This document shows, piece by piece, positions 43,580-52,878 of a stretch of DNA of 64,000 nucleotides. The translations under genes and the position numbers were made by a program. Source of the stretch: a phage; assembly GCA_020279385.1 (NCBI GenBank), contig GCA_020279385.1_4762.2; one strand, given 5' to 3'. The stretch's first letter is position 1, and each line of letters begins with the position of its first letter. Under the pieces are notes generated by a model, which worked only from the letters and a program-made list of their open reading frames with translations, did not search any database and was not told the origin of the DNA.

Positions 43580-44688
43580 TATATCTTACCTTCAAATTTG
43601 ACTTCCTGTAATTCTTCGCTGTTACCGATCATATACAGGTGAGTTAATGATTGTTCTCGGCTAATTTCATGCACCACTTCATCAACAATAAAATCATTGC
43701 GTGCTTGTTGCTTCTCATCAAAGAATCGAATAACCATACCAGGGCGCAACGAAAAATTACCATGACACACGGCGGTAGCATATGAATCATATTGTTCTAT
43801 TGTGGCAAGTTTAGAACCTTCCAAAAATGCATTCTTATAAGTCAACTCCCCATAAGCGCCACCATGTGCAAAATGAGCAATGTTATCCCCGTTACCAACA
43901 ACAATTTTATTATACTGCTTAGTAACAAAATCAATAGTCGTGTATGTCACATTGTTAAATGAATTTTTAACTTTAGCATTGCTCTTAGTCTGCCACTCGA
44001 AATTAAAAACCATCAGATTAGGTGACATATCAATAAATTGCCCCATGAGTCTAGGCTCACAGATTATAGCTGGTATTGGCTCATTTTTTAATATTGTATC
44101 GTGTCCGGCTATAGTTATACCATCAAAATCTTCCCAGCAATACACGAAAGACTCGGTTTCTACGCTTTGCCCGTATGCCCTCACAAAATCCATATAGTCA
44201 TTTATGGTACTAACCCACGGACAACGAGGAATAACAACGTTATCACCTTTTATGGTTGGTTTCCATAAAGGAACTTCTTTATAGATAGCGTCAATCATGC
44301 TGGTTACGTTATTAACAGCGTTATTTGTCAATGCGCGAGAAAATTTAAGGTTTAGTGTTTCGTGATAGCTCTTTAACTGGAATGTTAAAATGTTGTCGGA
44401 TTTTTGGTCAATCGTTACATTACTATGAGAGATCCCATAGATTCGGTTGAACACTTCATCTGTGTTGGCAGTAGATAACGAAATCTGAATGATCTCCCGC
44501 CCGTTTAATTTTGTATGCATCGCTTTATTATCATAGAATTGCAACAATCCTTCGTTCACCCCACGAATCGAATCACGCAGAGTCATTGTAACAAAGGTAG
44601 CACCCAATTCTATAAAGCGATGATTTAGAAACGCCTCATAATCCTGATAAAGTTTTATTGAGACATTAGGAAACCCCGTTCTTTGCAT
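43579..44688 (-). CDS. 27: Baseplate hub subunit gp27
   Basis: 369 aa; synteny (T4 gp27 ~391 aa). Confidence 0.7.
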   Translation of the reverse strand: MQRTGFPNVSIKLYQDYEAFLNHRFIELGATFVTMTLRDSIRGVNEGLLQFYDNKAMHTKLNGREIIQISLSTANTDEVFNRIYGISHSNVTIDQKSDNILTFQLKSYHETLNLKFSRALTNNAVNNVTSMIDAIYKEVPLWKPTIKGDNVVIPRCPWVSTINDYMDFVRAYGQSVETESFVYCWEDFDGITIAGHDTILKNEPIPAIICEPRLMGQFIDMSPNLMVFNFEWQTKSNAKVKNSFNNVTYTTIDFVTKQYNKIVVGNGDNIAHFAHGGAYGELTYKNAFLEGSKLATIEQYDSYATAVCHGNFSLRPGMVIRFFDEKQQARNDFIVDEVVHEISREQSLTHLYMIGNSEELQEVKFEGKI

Positions 44689-45436
44689 TGTTTGCCTCTT
44701 TTACGTCTTTCTCGACCAGTGTCAGTGCAATGTTTCTCTCGACGGGTAACATTTCCATAAGATCACTGATAGAATAATTTGATTTTGCCAACAGATGATT
44801 TATTCGATAAAATATGAATAACTCATCTGGATTCAACAACAATTTGAATAATGGAAGAAGACCTATGTATTTCAGGTCATGACTTTCACAACAAGATATC
44901 TTTTGTTCGATCTTGATCGTGTGCATTTGTTTAACAACTTCTTCAAATTCAGCAAACGAGATTGAATCGATAACCTGTTCTCTAACTTCTTCCGGTAATT
45001 CGGTCCACAGATAATCATTAACACCATCAGATACACGCTCTATCGCATCTAGAAACGTTTTTGCATAGTCGGTTGATGGTTTCACATACCGGAAAGTTAT
45101 TTTAAGCCCTGCGGCCTCCAGAACGATTGGTTTTAGTGCTTCGACCTGTAAGTTGAGCAACATTTTTCTTTCTTTGTTGCAAGTCGGGCAAGTAAAGCAA
45201 AGCGGTATCTTTGTTTTACCTATTGAGCTAGTAAAAACGTTCAGGAAAATATATTCACGAAATGCAGGGTCTACGTCTGGATATATTTCTTCTAGTAGCT
45301 CATCCAGGATAGTTTGTTCTTCTTCTGGATTCATCTTAATTTCAGTTGACACCAGAAGGAAATCTCTGTAATCTTTAACAGTGAAAGGTTTAAATCGCTG
45401 TACACCTTCCGGTAGTTTTATTCGTATAATATTCAT
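44666..45436 (-). CDS. 51: Baseplate hub assembly protein gp51
   Basis: 256 aa with Cys pairs; divergent from gene 26 as in T4. Confidence 0.7.
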   Translation of the reverse strand: MNIIRIKLPEGVQRFKPFTVKDYRDFLLVSTEIKMNPEEEQTILDELLEEIYPDVDPAFREYIFLNVFTSSIGKTKIPLCFTCPTCNKERKMLLNLQVEALKPIVLEAAGLKITFRYVKPSTDYAKTFLDAIERVSDGVNDYLWTELPEEVREQVIDSISFAEFEEVVKQMHTIKIEQKISCCESHDLKYIGLLPLFKLLLNPDELFIFYRINHLLAKSNYSISDLMEMLPVERNIALTLVEKDVKEANNAKNGVS

Positions 45437-45456
45437 GGTATAATCCCCCTTTCGGG

Positions 45457-45464
45457 TATTTATA
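45457..45464 (-). promoter_or_regulatory. T4-type late promoter (TATAAATA) for gene 51
   Basis: Exact TATAAATA on minus strand in the 51/26 divergent intergenic region. Confidence 0.4.
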
Positions 45465-45506
45465 AAATACTAAATAATTCTATGTGTTTATAAAGGGTGT
45501 TTTATT

Positions 45507-46136
45507 ATGCAATACTTTTTCAAGTTCCAAATAGGCGAAAAGTTGATACACGCCCGTGCTTTCACCTTCGGCGAATTTCAAAAACTAGTAGCAGCAAAAG
45601 AGACTGGCAAGCTGTCAGAGGTTGTTATAGAGATCATACATGAATGTACGGGGATCAATGCATTAGAGCTAGAGAAATGCGAAGCAGAATATATTTTTCT
45701 TCTCTTATGGTGTCACAGCCTCAATAAGATGAAAATTGATGCTACTTGGGTGTGTGGTGTATGCAATAAAGAGAAAGTATACTCTCTTGATGTTTCACGC
45801 ACACAGATACCAGAAGTTGAACCGTATATTCTGGACGTAGGACAAGTAAAAATCAAGTTTCGTCAACCTAAGTTTACAGAAGATGTTGATATTATGCAGA
45901 TGGTAATTGCATGTATCGAATATATCGTGATCGGCGATCAGCAATTCAATATAGACGACCTGAACGCACAGGACTTTGACCGCGTGCTGGATATGCTTAC
46001 CACGGATAAAGTGGAAGAAGTGATCGACGAGCTAACAAGAAATCAAATCACGCTGGCAGTACCGATCAAGTGCGAATGCGGGGAATCTGGTGTATATTCA
46101 TTATCAGGTCTATCCAGTTTCCTTAAAATTCTTTGA
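45507..46136 (+). CDS. 26: Baseplate hub subunit gp26
   Basis: 209 aa (T4 gp26 ~208 aa); synteny. Confidence 0.75.
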   Translation: MQYFFKFQIGEKLIHARAFTFGEFQKLVAAKETGKLSEVVIEIIHECTGINALELEKCEAEYIFLLLWCHSLNKMKIDATWVCGVCNKEKVYSLDVSRTQIPEVEPYILDVGQVKIKFRQPKFTEDVDIMQMVIACIEYIVIGDQQFNIDDLNAQDFDRVLDMLTTDKVEEVIDELTRNQITLAVPIKCECGESGVYSLSGLSSFLKIL

Positions 46137-46531
46137 GGTATAACATGGCAACTATTAATCAGATGTATACCGATTTGGATCTCAATATATCCAGATCGTG
46201 GAATAACGACGTTAAAAAGAACATAGGGATTAAAGCGGTTAAGGATTCTATTCTACTGATCGTTACTACTCGCAAGGGATCTCGTCCATTTGATCCACTG
46301 TTTGGATGCGATCTCAATAAATCTTTGTTTGAGAACATGAACCCACTGACGGTGGATACCTTATCAAAAAACATCAATGAGGCGATCCGAAACTATGAAC
46401 CACGGGTCCGAAACCTGACAGTAGAAGTAACTCCGCAGTACGACGATAACTCAATCATAGTATCAATCTACTTTTCAGTAATAGATAACCCGGATGATCT
46501 TGAACAACTACGCATAAGACTTGCAAAGTGA
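46133..46531 (+). CDS. 25: Baseplate wedge subunit gp25
   Basis: 132 aa; TTRKGSRPFDPLFGCDL and FSVIDNPDDLEQLRIRLA match T4 gp25 as recalled. Confidence 0.9.
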   Translation: MRYNMATINQMYTDLDLNISRSWNNDVKKNIGIKAVKDSILLIVTTRKGSRPFDPLFGCDLNKSLFENMNPLTVDTLSKNINEAIRNYEPRVRNLTVEVTPQYDDNSIIVSIYFSVIDNPDDLEQLRIRLAK

Positions 46532-46578
46532 TTTTGTGTGTGATATGATATAGGTCTTAGTGTGAATAAGGGGATATT

Positions 46579-46986
46579 ATGGACCTAAACGATTTGAAAG
46601 AACAATTAGAAGCTGACATGAAGATCGATGCGACTAAGTTGCAATGGGAGGCGCTGAATAATCCGGTAGTATACTCAAAGTGGTTAAGGATTTACAGCGA
46701 GGCGAAGCGAGAGACGATTGCACTTGAGGCTAAAAAGAAAAAGGCTATGAAAAATCGTCTTGACTTTTACACTAACCGTAGTGATGACTGGTGTCGCGCT
46801 GAATATGAGAAATCAGAATTGAAAGTTGTCATGGCAGCAGACGACGAGATCTTACCGCTTGATACGAAAATTGCATATTACCAGATGGTAATGGATTTCG
46901 CTGGTCGCGCACTTGATATCGTTAAATCTCGTGGATTTGCGATCAAGAATGCTATAGAATTGCGTATGCTGGAATCTGGTCGCTAA
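46579..46986 (+). CDS. uvsY: Recombination mediator UvsY
   Basis: 135 aa; YSKWL, RLDFYT, KSRGFAIKNAIELRMLESG resemble T4 UvsY as recalled. Confidence 0.85.
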   Translation: MDLNDLKEQLEADMKIDATKLQWEALNNPVVYSKWLRIYSEAKRETIALEAKKKKAMKNRLDFYTNRSDDWCRAEYEKSELKVVMAADDEILPLDTKIAYYQMVMDFAGRALDIVKSRGFAIKNAIELRMLESGR

Positions 46987-47006
46987 ATACATGCAGGAGG
47001 AATTTT

Positions 47007-47183
47007 ATGAAAATCTGTATTTGTTGTAAACAACCTGTCGAGGATGCGTTAGCCGTCCAGACAGAAAACGGCGTTGTTCACACTGGCTACTGCTTACAGC
47101 TAGTAACAGAACGTTCGATTAGTGAAGATGCGAACGGCGAAGAACAAGAACAACTCGTAGAGCAAACAATGCTGTTAATGTAA
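47007..47183 (+). CDS. Hypothetical small protein (58 aa, Cys-rich)
   Basis: ATG after AGGAGG; MKICICCKQP...; corresponds positionally to the small ORFs downstream of uvsY in T4. Confidence 0.45.
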   Translation: MKICICCKQPVEDALAVQTENGVVHTGYCLQLVTERSISEDANGEEQEQLVEQTMLLM

Positions 47184-47214
47184 TTTGTTGATAACCGATT
47201 TTAATTGGTTTATT

Positions 47215-47245
47215 TTGCCCCATCATTGATGGGGCTTTTTTATAT
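47215..47245 (+). terminator. Rho-independent terminator
   Basis: GCCCCATCATTGATGGGGC hairpin followed by TTTTTTATATC. Confidence 0.7.
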
Positions 47246-47246
47246 C

Positions 47247-47483
47247 TTAAAAATCCTCTTCCGGCTCCTCTTCTGGCTCGTTGTCCGCTTCCAATTGCTT
47301 ACGGCGTCCAGCGATGGCATCACGGATCGAAATATCATCAGCAGGTTTCAATTCTGTTTCTTTCTTGCGCTTCTCATAATATGCCTCAAGTTCATTTAAT
47401 CCCTCGATAGTATTACAAGAATAAATCTTACGCATGAAACCGTCAATAGCGGCCTCAACCAAAAAACGTTTAAAGCTAATCAT
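47247..47483 (-). CDS. uvsW.1: UvsW.1-like small protein
   Basis: 78 aa ORF immediately downstream of uvsW on the same strand. Confidence 0.55.
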   Translation of the reverse strand: MISFKRFLVEAAIDGFMRKIYSCNTIEGLNELEAYYEKRKKETELKPADDISIRDAIAGRRKQLEADNEPEEEPEEDF

Positions 47484-47499
47484 TTTTAATCTCCGTAGA

Positions 47500-47526
47500 A
47501 TAAAGGGGCATTAAAGCCCCTATTTA
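47500..47526 (-). terminator. Stem-loop / terminator after uvsW
   Basis: Minus-strand hairpin AGGGGCTTTAATGCCCCT followed by TTATTCT. Confidence 0.45.
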
Positions 47527-49044
47527 TTAGATCTCGATTGTTTTCGTGACATATTCGAATCGATCGGTGTTGTAAATTTTTATTCTTTCAAGGGCATGTT
47601 TAAGAGCATAATTAAGGTGGCTAAACTGTTTCTTAGCATTCTTGCTCTTTGTCTTAACCGCCAAATGATCGATAAGATCCCAGACCGTTGCAATGTCTTT
47701 CGAACCATGTTTACGCAATGCACGACCGATACTCTGACGAACGATAGTTGATTCCTTCACTGGATGACCGAAAATAACATGATGCAAATTCTTAATTGAA
47801 ACACCAGTAGAGAATACACCATAAGACGCAACACAAATGATCCCGGTGTCACCCTCCGCCATTTTCTTAAATTCATCACGTTCTTCTGTCTTAACTCCAC
47901 CGTCAATATAATAAACCTTGTCATGTACCTTCTGTAACGCGTCATACATAAGTTTTCCGTGCTTAGTATTGCGGAACATCAGGAATACGTTTTCGCCCTT
48001 CTTAGCGAGTTTTAGCGCCAAATTACAAGCAAACTTATTTCGTCGTGGGTTAGACGTAATATACTTGATCTCTTCCGCATATTCTCTCCCCTTAACCGCG
48101 CTACATTCCTCATCGGTATAACGAAGGAAAAGACAGTTAATTTTCAGTTTTGTCACCTGCCCTTCTTCCATCAGGCGGTCAATACTCACGATCTTAGAAA
48201 TATCACCGAAAAGCCCGACATACTGCATCATGTTAGCTTTCCCATCACGAGGGGAACCAGTCATGCCGATCTTAAATTGGCAATGATCCATATCAGTAAC
48301 GATGTTTAGCAGGTTTTTAGCAGTGGCCTTGTGACATTCATCAACAATTACCATCCCAAATTGCTGGAACCACTCACGAGGTTGTTTACATGCAGATTGC
48401 CACGTACTAACAACGATCAGGCGATCACCTACGTGTTTACTAGTACCGCTCATGATAGTATGAATTGCTTCATAAGGAAACTGGCGATAATCAACAAAGT
48501 CATCACGCATTTGCAGCACTAGCGACGTGGTAGGAACGATGATCAGCACTTTCCCTTCGTAGTTCTCTAAGTACCAGCGAGACAACATACAAGCAATCGC
48601 AGATTTACCAGCGGACGTAGGCAAAACTAACATACGGCGTTTATGATGAATACCTTCAAAGACAGCCTTTGATTGATACCAATGCGGGGTGATCCTGTTA
48701 GCACCGGAATATAATTCTAAGTCATTACACCATTTTGTAATTTCTTCTTCTGTAACTTGTTCTTTTTCGAATAAGCGAGGATCTACCCATACGCTATAGC
48801 CCATATTTTTAGCGAAGATTCCCACGGTTTTAGTTAGGCCGATTGGCAGCTTTCCGTTGTAATCTAAAAGACGAATACGCCCATCCCATCCACCATACTT
48901 AAATCTTTTTTGAAACCGCGCTCTCTCGACTTCAAAACTAAAATAATCTCGCATTTCTAATAAAATTGAATCGCTACATTCAATTTGAACATGGGAGTAG
49001 TTCAGAAAGTGAATTTTAATATCTTGCATAGCGAATAGCCTCAC
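47527..49044 (-). CDS. uvsW: UvsW SF2 helicase
   Basis: 505 aa; Walker A LPTSAGKS, DECH box (VIVDECHKAT), helicase C-terminal motifs; synteny. Confidence 0.9.
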   Translation of the reverse strand: MRLFAMQDIKIHFLNYSHVQIECSDSILLEMRDYFSFEVERARFQKRFKYGGWDGRIRLLDYNGKLPIGLTKTVGIFAKNMGYSVWVDPRLFEKEQVTEEEITKWCNDLELYSGANRITPHWYQSKAVFEGIHHKRRMLVLPTSAGKSAIACMLSRWYLENYEGKVLIIVPTTSLVLQMRDDFVDYRQFPYEAIHTIMSGTSKHVGDRLIVVSTWQSACKQPREWFQQFGMVIVDECHKATAKNLLNIVTDMDHCQFKIGMTGSPRDGKANMMQYVGLFGDISKIVSIDRLMEEGQVTKLKINCLFLRYTDEECSAVKGREYAEEIKYITSNPRRNKFACNLALKLAKKGENVFLMFRNTKHGKLMYDALQKVHDKVYYIDGGVKTEERDEFKKMAEGDTGIICVASYGVFSTGVSIKNLHHVIFGHPVKESTIVRQSIGRALRKHGSKDIATVWDLIDHLAVKTKSKNAKKQFSHLNYALKHALERIKIYNTDRFEYVTKTIEI

Positions 49045-49099
49045 TCAATAAATACAGTATACAAATATTTATACAAACACCCCCAATCAGGAGAATAAC

Positions 49100-49825
49100 A
49101 TGTTTGATAAAGAATATTTCGAAGAACTCCGCGCTATTGCGGCGTCCGACGACAAAGAAGCACAGAAAACAGCTAAAACAGAATTAGCTGACTACGCAAA
49201 ACAATTTGATATTAAGGTCAAAAAGACGCTCTCGTTAGAGAACATGATCGAGTTCGTAGAAACCGAATTAACTAAACTGGCTTCCGAAATGGAAGAAGAA
49301 ACTCCGGCAGAAGGAACCAGTATTAACGATCTTATTCTGGCAGCAGACACCGCAGATGATAAAGTGGTATTCGACGAAGTTGATCCGTCTCTGGTTGAAG
49401 CAATGAAAGAACCTGAGATCGTCATTGAAGAAACAAAAGAAGAATCTCCAGCAGTTGAACCAGTGGTCGAAGAAGTTAAGTCAGATGTTGAAGAAGCACC
49501 GGAAGTTAAAGTGGAATCTCCGGCAGCCAACATTTTCTCTGACGAAGCAGAACATCGTTCTCCAGCACATAACACTGATTCATTTTGCGATCTTACTGGC
49601 TTCCGTCCGACCATTTGCTTGATCGGTGGCGGTCGTGGTTACTACTCCTGCCCGTGGTGGATTTTCGACTGGATCGTTAATACTCCAGATTGGAAGAAGT
49701 ATCCAGAGCGTTTCCCGCACGCGTATGTACACGACACCCTCAAGTCACTGATCTATTATATCAAACGCGATGGGTCTGTCAAGGTGAGAGAGACTAAACA
49801 TAGCCAATTCCACACACTCAAGTAA
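49100..49825 (+). CDS. Acidic capsid-associated protein at the inh position (Inh-like; C-terminus with Hoc-like WW motif)
   Basis: 241 aa, E-rich low-complexity middle; C-terminal YYSCPWWIFDWI resembles Hoc IYIGWWVFDEI; between uvsW and hoc where T4 has inh. Confidence 0.4.
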   Translation: MFDKEYFEELRAIAASDDKEAQKTAKTELADYAKQFDIKVKKTLSLENMIEFVETELTKLASEMEEETPAEGTSINDLILAADTADDKVVFDEVDPSLVEAMKEPEIVIEETKEESPAVEPVVEEVKSDVEEAPEVKVESPAANIFSDEAEHRSPAHNTDSFCDLTGFRPTICLIGGGRGYYSCPWWIFDWIVNTPDWKKYPERFPHAYVHDTLKSLIYYIKRDGSVKVRETKHSQFHTLK

Positions 49826-49921
49826 TTTTTGGGTGATAAAAGTTGTGAAATATTTGTTATAATTTTAATTGTAGTTCCGTTATGCAATTAAAAAGAGGAT
49901 ACTACATGTCTAACAAAATCA

Positions 49922-50119
49922 ATGTATTACATCAAACAGAACAAATACCCAGACGAGATCGATACTATTTCGTCCTCGTTGCATCACTATTCTAATACTC
50001 ATGTATTGGAATCTCGCAATGGTTATCTGGTTGATGGCAATCAACTATTTCAATTAATTAAATTCGGATTTTCTATGGGAGTGGCTTTATATGGCTTTCA
50101 CAGTATCAATACAATCTAA
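49922..50119 (+). other. Short ORF with Hoc C-terminus-like ESRNGY motif (possible remnant)
   Basis: 65-aa ORF containing VLESRNGYLVDGNQL, similar to Hoc C-terminal CMESRNGFMYHSKEL; overlaps hoc start; coding status uncertain. Confidence 0.25.
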
Positions 50120-51305
50120 CAAAAGATGTTTTCTTGCTGGTGATGGTTTCACCTTAACGGCGACTGTAGCGGGTGACGAACCATCACCCAGCAATTTGAC
50201 ATATACATGGACAAAAGACGGCAAACCGCATGAAAATAAGACAGCTACGCTAACTGTAGAAGGCGCAACAAGTGAAAATGCGGGTAGCTATAAAGTAACG
50301 GTACAAGATACCGATACGACGGAATCAGTAGAATCTGAAGTTTTCCTCATGGAAGAAGCGGAATTAATCGTAAATATCACCGAACCGCCGCATTTCTACG
50401 TATCATCACAAAAAGACGTAGAATTACATGCAACAGTAAAATTTTCGGGTGGGAAGACTCCAGCAGACAACTATGAACTACATTATAGTTGGAGTAAGGG
50501 CGAAGAAGTTATAGACACAAAACAGAATATTACAATCCAAAAATTTACAGCAGATAAAAACGGCGTGTATACTGTAAAAGTGTGGGGCGAGTCGGAAAAT
50601 TCAGCCGATAGCGCATCGACTAAAATCATGCTGGCAACAATGAACGTAGATCAGGATGTGGTGGAATCAAAGACCGTGGCACTAGGTAATGAGATCTTAC
50701 TTAATTATGTTGTGTCAGAGGACATTGTAGGCGATTCTAGCGGTATGCCTGAATTGACGATCAAACATAACTGGTATTTGCAGCGCGAAGGGCAACTGTC
50801 ACCGACTCTGATCGGTAATGAGGTCGGCGAAGCACTGGAAGGATTTTCTATCACTCCAGACGGTCATCTGTTCAAAGAGAGTGCTACTTACGATGACACA
50901 GCCAAATTCTGGTGTGTTGCTAAACTATATCAACAGATTGAAGATGAACCAGTAGAAGTTGCAACAAGTACAAGTAGAAAATGTTCAATGGAAGTTGTTA
51001 AAATGTTTCGTTACGTACACCCGATCCCGTGGCGCAAAACTTCATTTATCTACATTGGATGGTGGGTATTTGACGAGATTGTTAAATTCAATGAGGCTGG
51101 GTTAGAGTGGCGTGACCGAGAAGTTTATTCTACCAGCAAGTACGCCAAAGATCTGGAGACAATCGCGGCAGCGGAAGAAAAATATAGTGATTGCACTTGC
51201 ATGGAATCTCGCAATGGTTTCATGTATCATTCCAAAGAGTTACATAAACTGGACCGAGATACGTTAGAGCGAGTTCTACGCATTCGTGAAACGCATCCTG
51301 CTTAA
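50091..51305 (+). CDS. hoc: Hoc outer capsid decoration protein (Ig-like domains)
   Basis: 404 aa; Ig-like repeats (TYTWTKDGKP...SYKVTV); C-terminal YVHPIPWRK...GWWVFDEI...ESRNGF matches the T4 Hoc capsid-binding region as recalled. Confidence 0.85.
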   Translation: MAFTVSIQSNKRCFLAGDGFTLTATVAGDEPSPSNLTYTWTKDGKPHENKTATLTVEGATSENAGSYKVTVQDTDTTESVESEVFLMEEAELIVNITEPPHFYVSSQKDVELHATVKFSGGKTPADNYELHYSWSKGEEVIDTKQNITIQKFTADKNGVYTVKVWGESENSADSASTKIMLATMNVDQDVVESKTVALGNEILLNYVVSEDIVGDSSGMPELTIKHNWYLQREGQLSPTLIGNEVGEALEGFSITPDGHLFKESATYDDTAKFWCVAKLYQQIEDEPVEVATSTSRKCSMEVVKMFRYVHPIPWRKTSFIYIGWWVFDEIVKFNEAGLEWRDREVYSTSKYAKDLETIAAAEEKYSDCTCMESRNGFMYHSKELHKLDRDTLERVLRIRETHPA

Positions 51306-51314
51306 TGAAATCTA

Positions 51315-51347
51315 TCAGCCATCCTTCGGGGTGGCTTTTTTGTTTTT
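51315..51347 (+). terminator. Rho-independent terminator after hoc
   Basis: AGCCATCCTTCGGGGTGGCT hairpin followed by TTTTTTGTTTTT. Confidence 0.7.
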
Positions 51348-51352
51348 AGTGC

Positions 51353-51380
51353 TTGACAGAGCGATTTAGATGCCTATAAT
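51353..51380 (+). promoter_or_regulatory. Sigma70-like early promoter
   Basis: TTGACA - 16 nt - TATAAT. Confidence 0.55.
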
Positions 51381-51507
51381 GACACGCATCGACATGCTAC
51401 TGTCCATAGTGAGGCGAAGAAAATATTATGAATATGGGGTTGAAAATGGCGTTGATAACTGTTACTGTATTATTCGTTGTTGTGTTTATGAATGTATGAG
51501 GTGAAGT

Positions 51508-51705
51508 ATGAATGAGATTGTACGATTGATCAAAGAAGCACCAATCGAGATGTATTTTCTGGCTTTGGTTGCAACAATGGTCTATCAGCTAGTCGCATGT
51601 CATGTGTGGAAGTCGGAAAATGCGTTTATCCGGTTTTTTGGTACTGTCATGATCCAGTTTCCGGTACTGATCACTATCCTGTTAATCGTCAATGGGGCGA
51701 AGTGA
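51508..51705 (+). CDS. Hypothetical small membrane protein (65 aa)
   Basis: Two hydrophobic segments (FLALVATMVYQLVA; VMIQFPVLITILLIV). Confidence 0.45.
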   Translation: MNEIVRLIKEAPIEMYFLALVATMVYQLVACHVWKSENAFIRFFGTVMIQFPVLITILLIVNGAK

Positions 51706-51980
51706 TGGACAAGAAAACAGCGTTAATGGTTTACATGCTACGCGAAGACCACGGTCTTAATTTTGTTGATATTGCTAAGAAGATTGGCGGTATCAGCGGA
51801 CAAGATGCGGCTAAGGCATGGTTGATGGTAAAAGATGCACGCGAGGCTTACGCCAACCGTGAAAAGGTTGTTTATCGTAAACACCACATCAACAAAAAAT
51901 TTAAAAATAAAGTTCAAAAACGTGTTGACAAGCCAAATAACACTGTTATAATGGACGCATTCAAACGGGCAATGTCCTGA
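51705..51980 (+). CDS. Hypothetical protein (91 aa)
   Basis: ATG overlapping upstream stop (TGATG); basic C-terminus. Confidence 0.45.
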   Translation: MDKKTALMVYMLREDHGLNFVDIAKKIGGISGQDAAKAWLMVKDAREAYANREKVVYRKHHINKKFKNKVQKRVDKPNNTVIMDAFKRAMS

Positions 51981-52026
51981 TTTGTAATTAATATTCTGAA
52001 TAACTAATCAATAGAGGTGACTAATT

Positions 52027-52464
52027 ATGAAATTCCGTAAAAACCACGTAGCAATGAAAAAGGCAATGTTCGAAGCATTCAAAGCAGTTGATCAGGGCGG
52101 TGTTACTCTGATTGAGCAAATTAATGTTGATGTTTGGCAATCTCCGGCGATCACCTGCTCCCGTCTTGCTACGGCTGGCCTTCTGAAAGTTCACAGCTCT
52201 ACCGCATACGACGAAGCATTGCAAGTTATTAAGGCTTTTGCTGGAGACGTTACCAGCAAGTGGGTCTATGAGAATAAAGGTGAAATTGCGGTTGCTCACG
52301 TAGGCAACAATATCCAGATGGAAATCAAGATTAAGGAAGGGTCTAAACGCAATCAGATGCTTGTTCGCTTCCAGCCATACAAAACTAACGTAGTGCCGGA
52401 TGATCTGATCATCTCTAAGAGTAATGTTACCATTCGCCGAAATCAGATCGTTATCAACAAATAA
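52027..52464 (+). CDS. Hypothetical protein (145 aa)
   Basis: ORF with GAGGTGA RBS. Confidence 0.5.
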   Translation: MKFRKNHVAMKKAMFEAFKAVDQGGVTLIEQINVDVWQSPAITCSRLATAGLLKVHSSTAYDEALQVIKAFAGDVTSKWVYENKGEIAVAHVGNNIQMEIKIKEGSKRNQMLVRFQPYKTNVVPDDLIISKSNVTIRRNQIVINK

Positions 52465-52470
52465 TTAACA

Positions 52471-52500
52471 TTAGCCGTCCTTCTGGGCGGCTTTTTTGTA
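52471..52500 (+). terminator. Rho-independent terminator
   Basis: AGCCGTCCTTCTGGGCGGCT hairpin followed by TTTTTTGTATC. Confidence 0.7.
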
Positions 52501-52520
52501 TCTGTTATTAACATAATTTT

Positions 52521-52576
52521 AGTTTACATGTGCACAATATTAATACTGTTTGATTAAATTATGATCAAAACGAAGA
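52521..52576 (+). repeat. Intergenic direct repeat copy 1 (TTACATGT...TGATTAAATTATGATCAAAACGAAGA)
   Basis: 26-bp core TGATTAAATTATGATCAAAACGAAGA at 52551..52576 repeated exactly at 52700..52725; both preceded by TTTACATGT. Confidence 0.6.
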
Positions 52577-52686
52577 AAGATCTTTAGAACATAGAAAATG
52601 TATCTTTGGTTAATTATTAATCACTACATATTGTAACACAAATGTTATACTCCGTAGGAGTTCGCGAAGCGATATCCTTTTGTGTA

Positions 52687-52725
52687 GTTTTTACATGTAT
52701 GATTAAATTATGATCAAAACGAAGA
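52687..52725 (+). repeat. Intergenic direct repeat copy 2
   Basis: Exact second copy of the 26-bp core. Confidence 0.6.
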
Positions 52726-52878
52726 CTTATCTTATAGAATAATAAAAATTTGTTTCGAACATTTATTAATCAATTACTGGAAGTGTTTTTATTGCTCGCT
52801 GTGCTCGCTTCCGCTACGCGGATACTTGTATTTGTTATTAACTTGTAGTATGATATTGCTTTCTATGGAGGAAATATT

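Noticed and set aside
49192-49614. 140-aa minus-strand ORF
   Set aside because: Antisense to the acidic low-complexity region of the inh-position gene
52600-52700. Possible tRNA in the long intergenic region (GAGTTCGCGAAGC resembles a T-arm)
   Set aside because: No full cloverleaf could be built by eye: no matching acceptor stem and no GGTTCGAATCC-type T-loop; would need tRNAscan-SE to be sure
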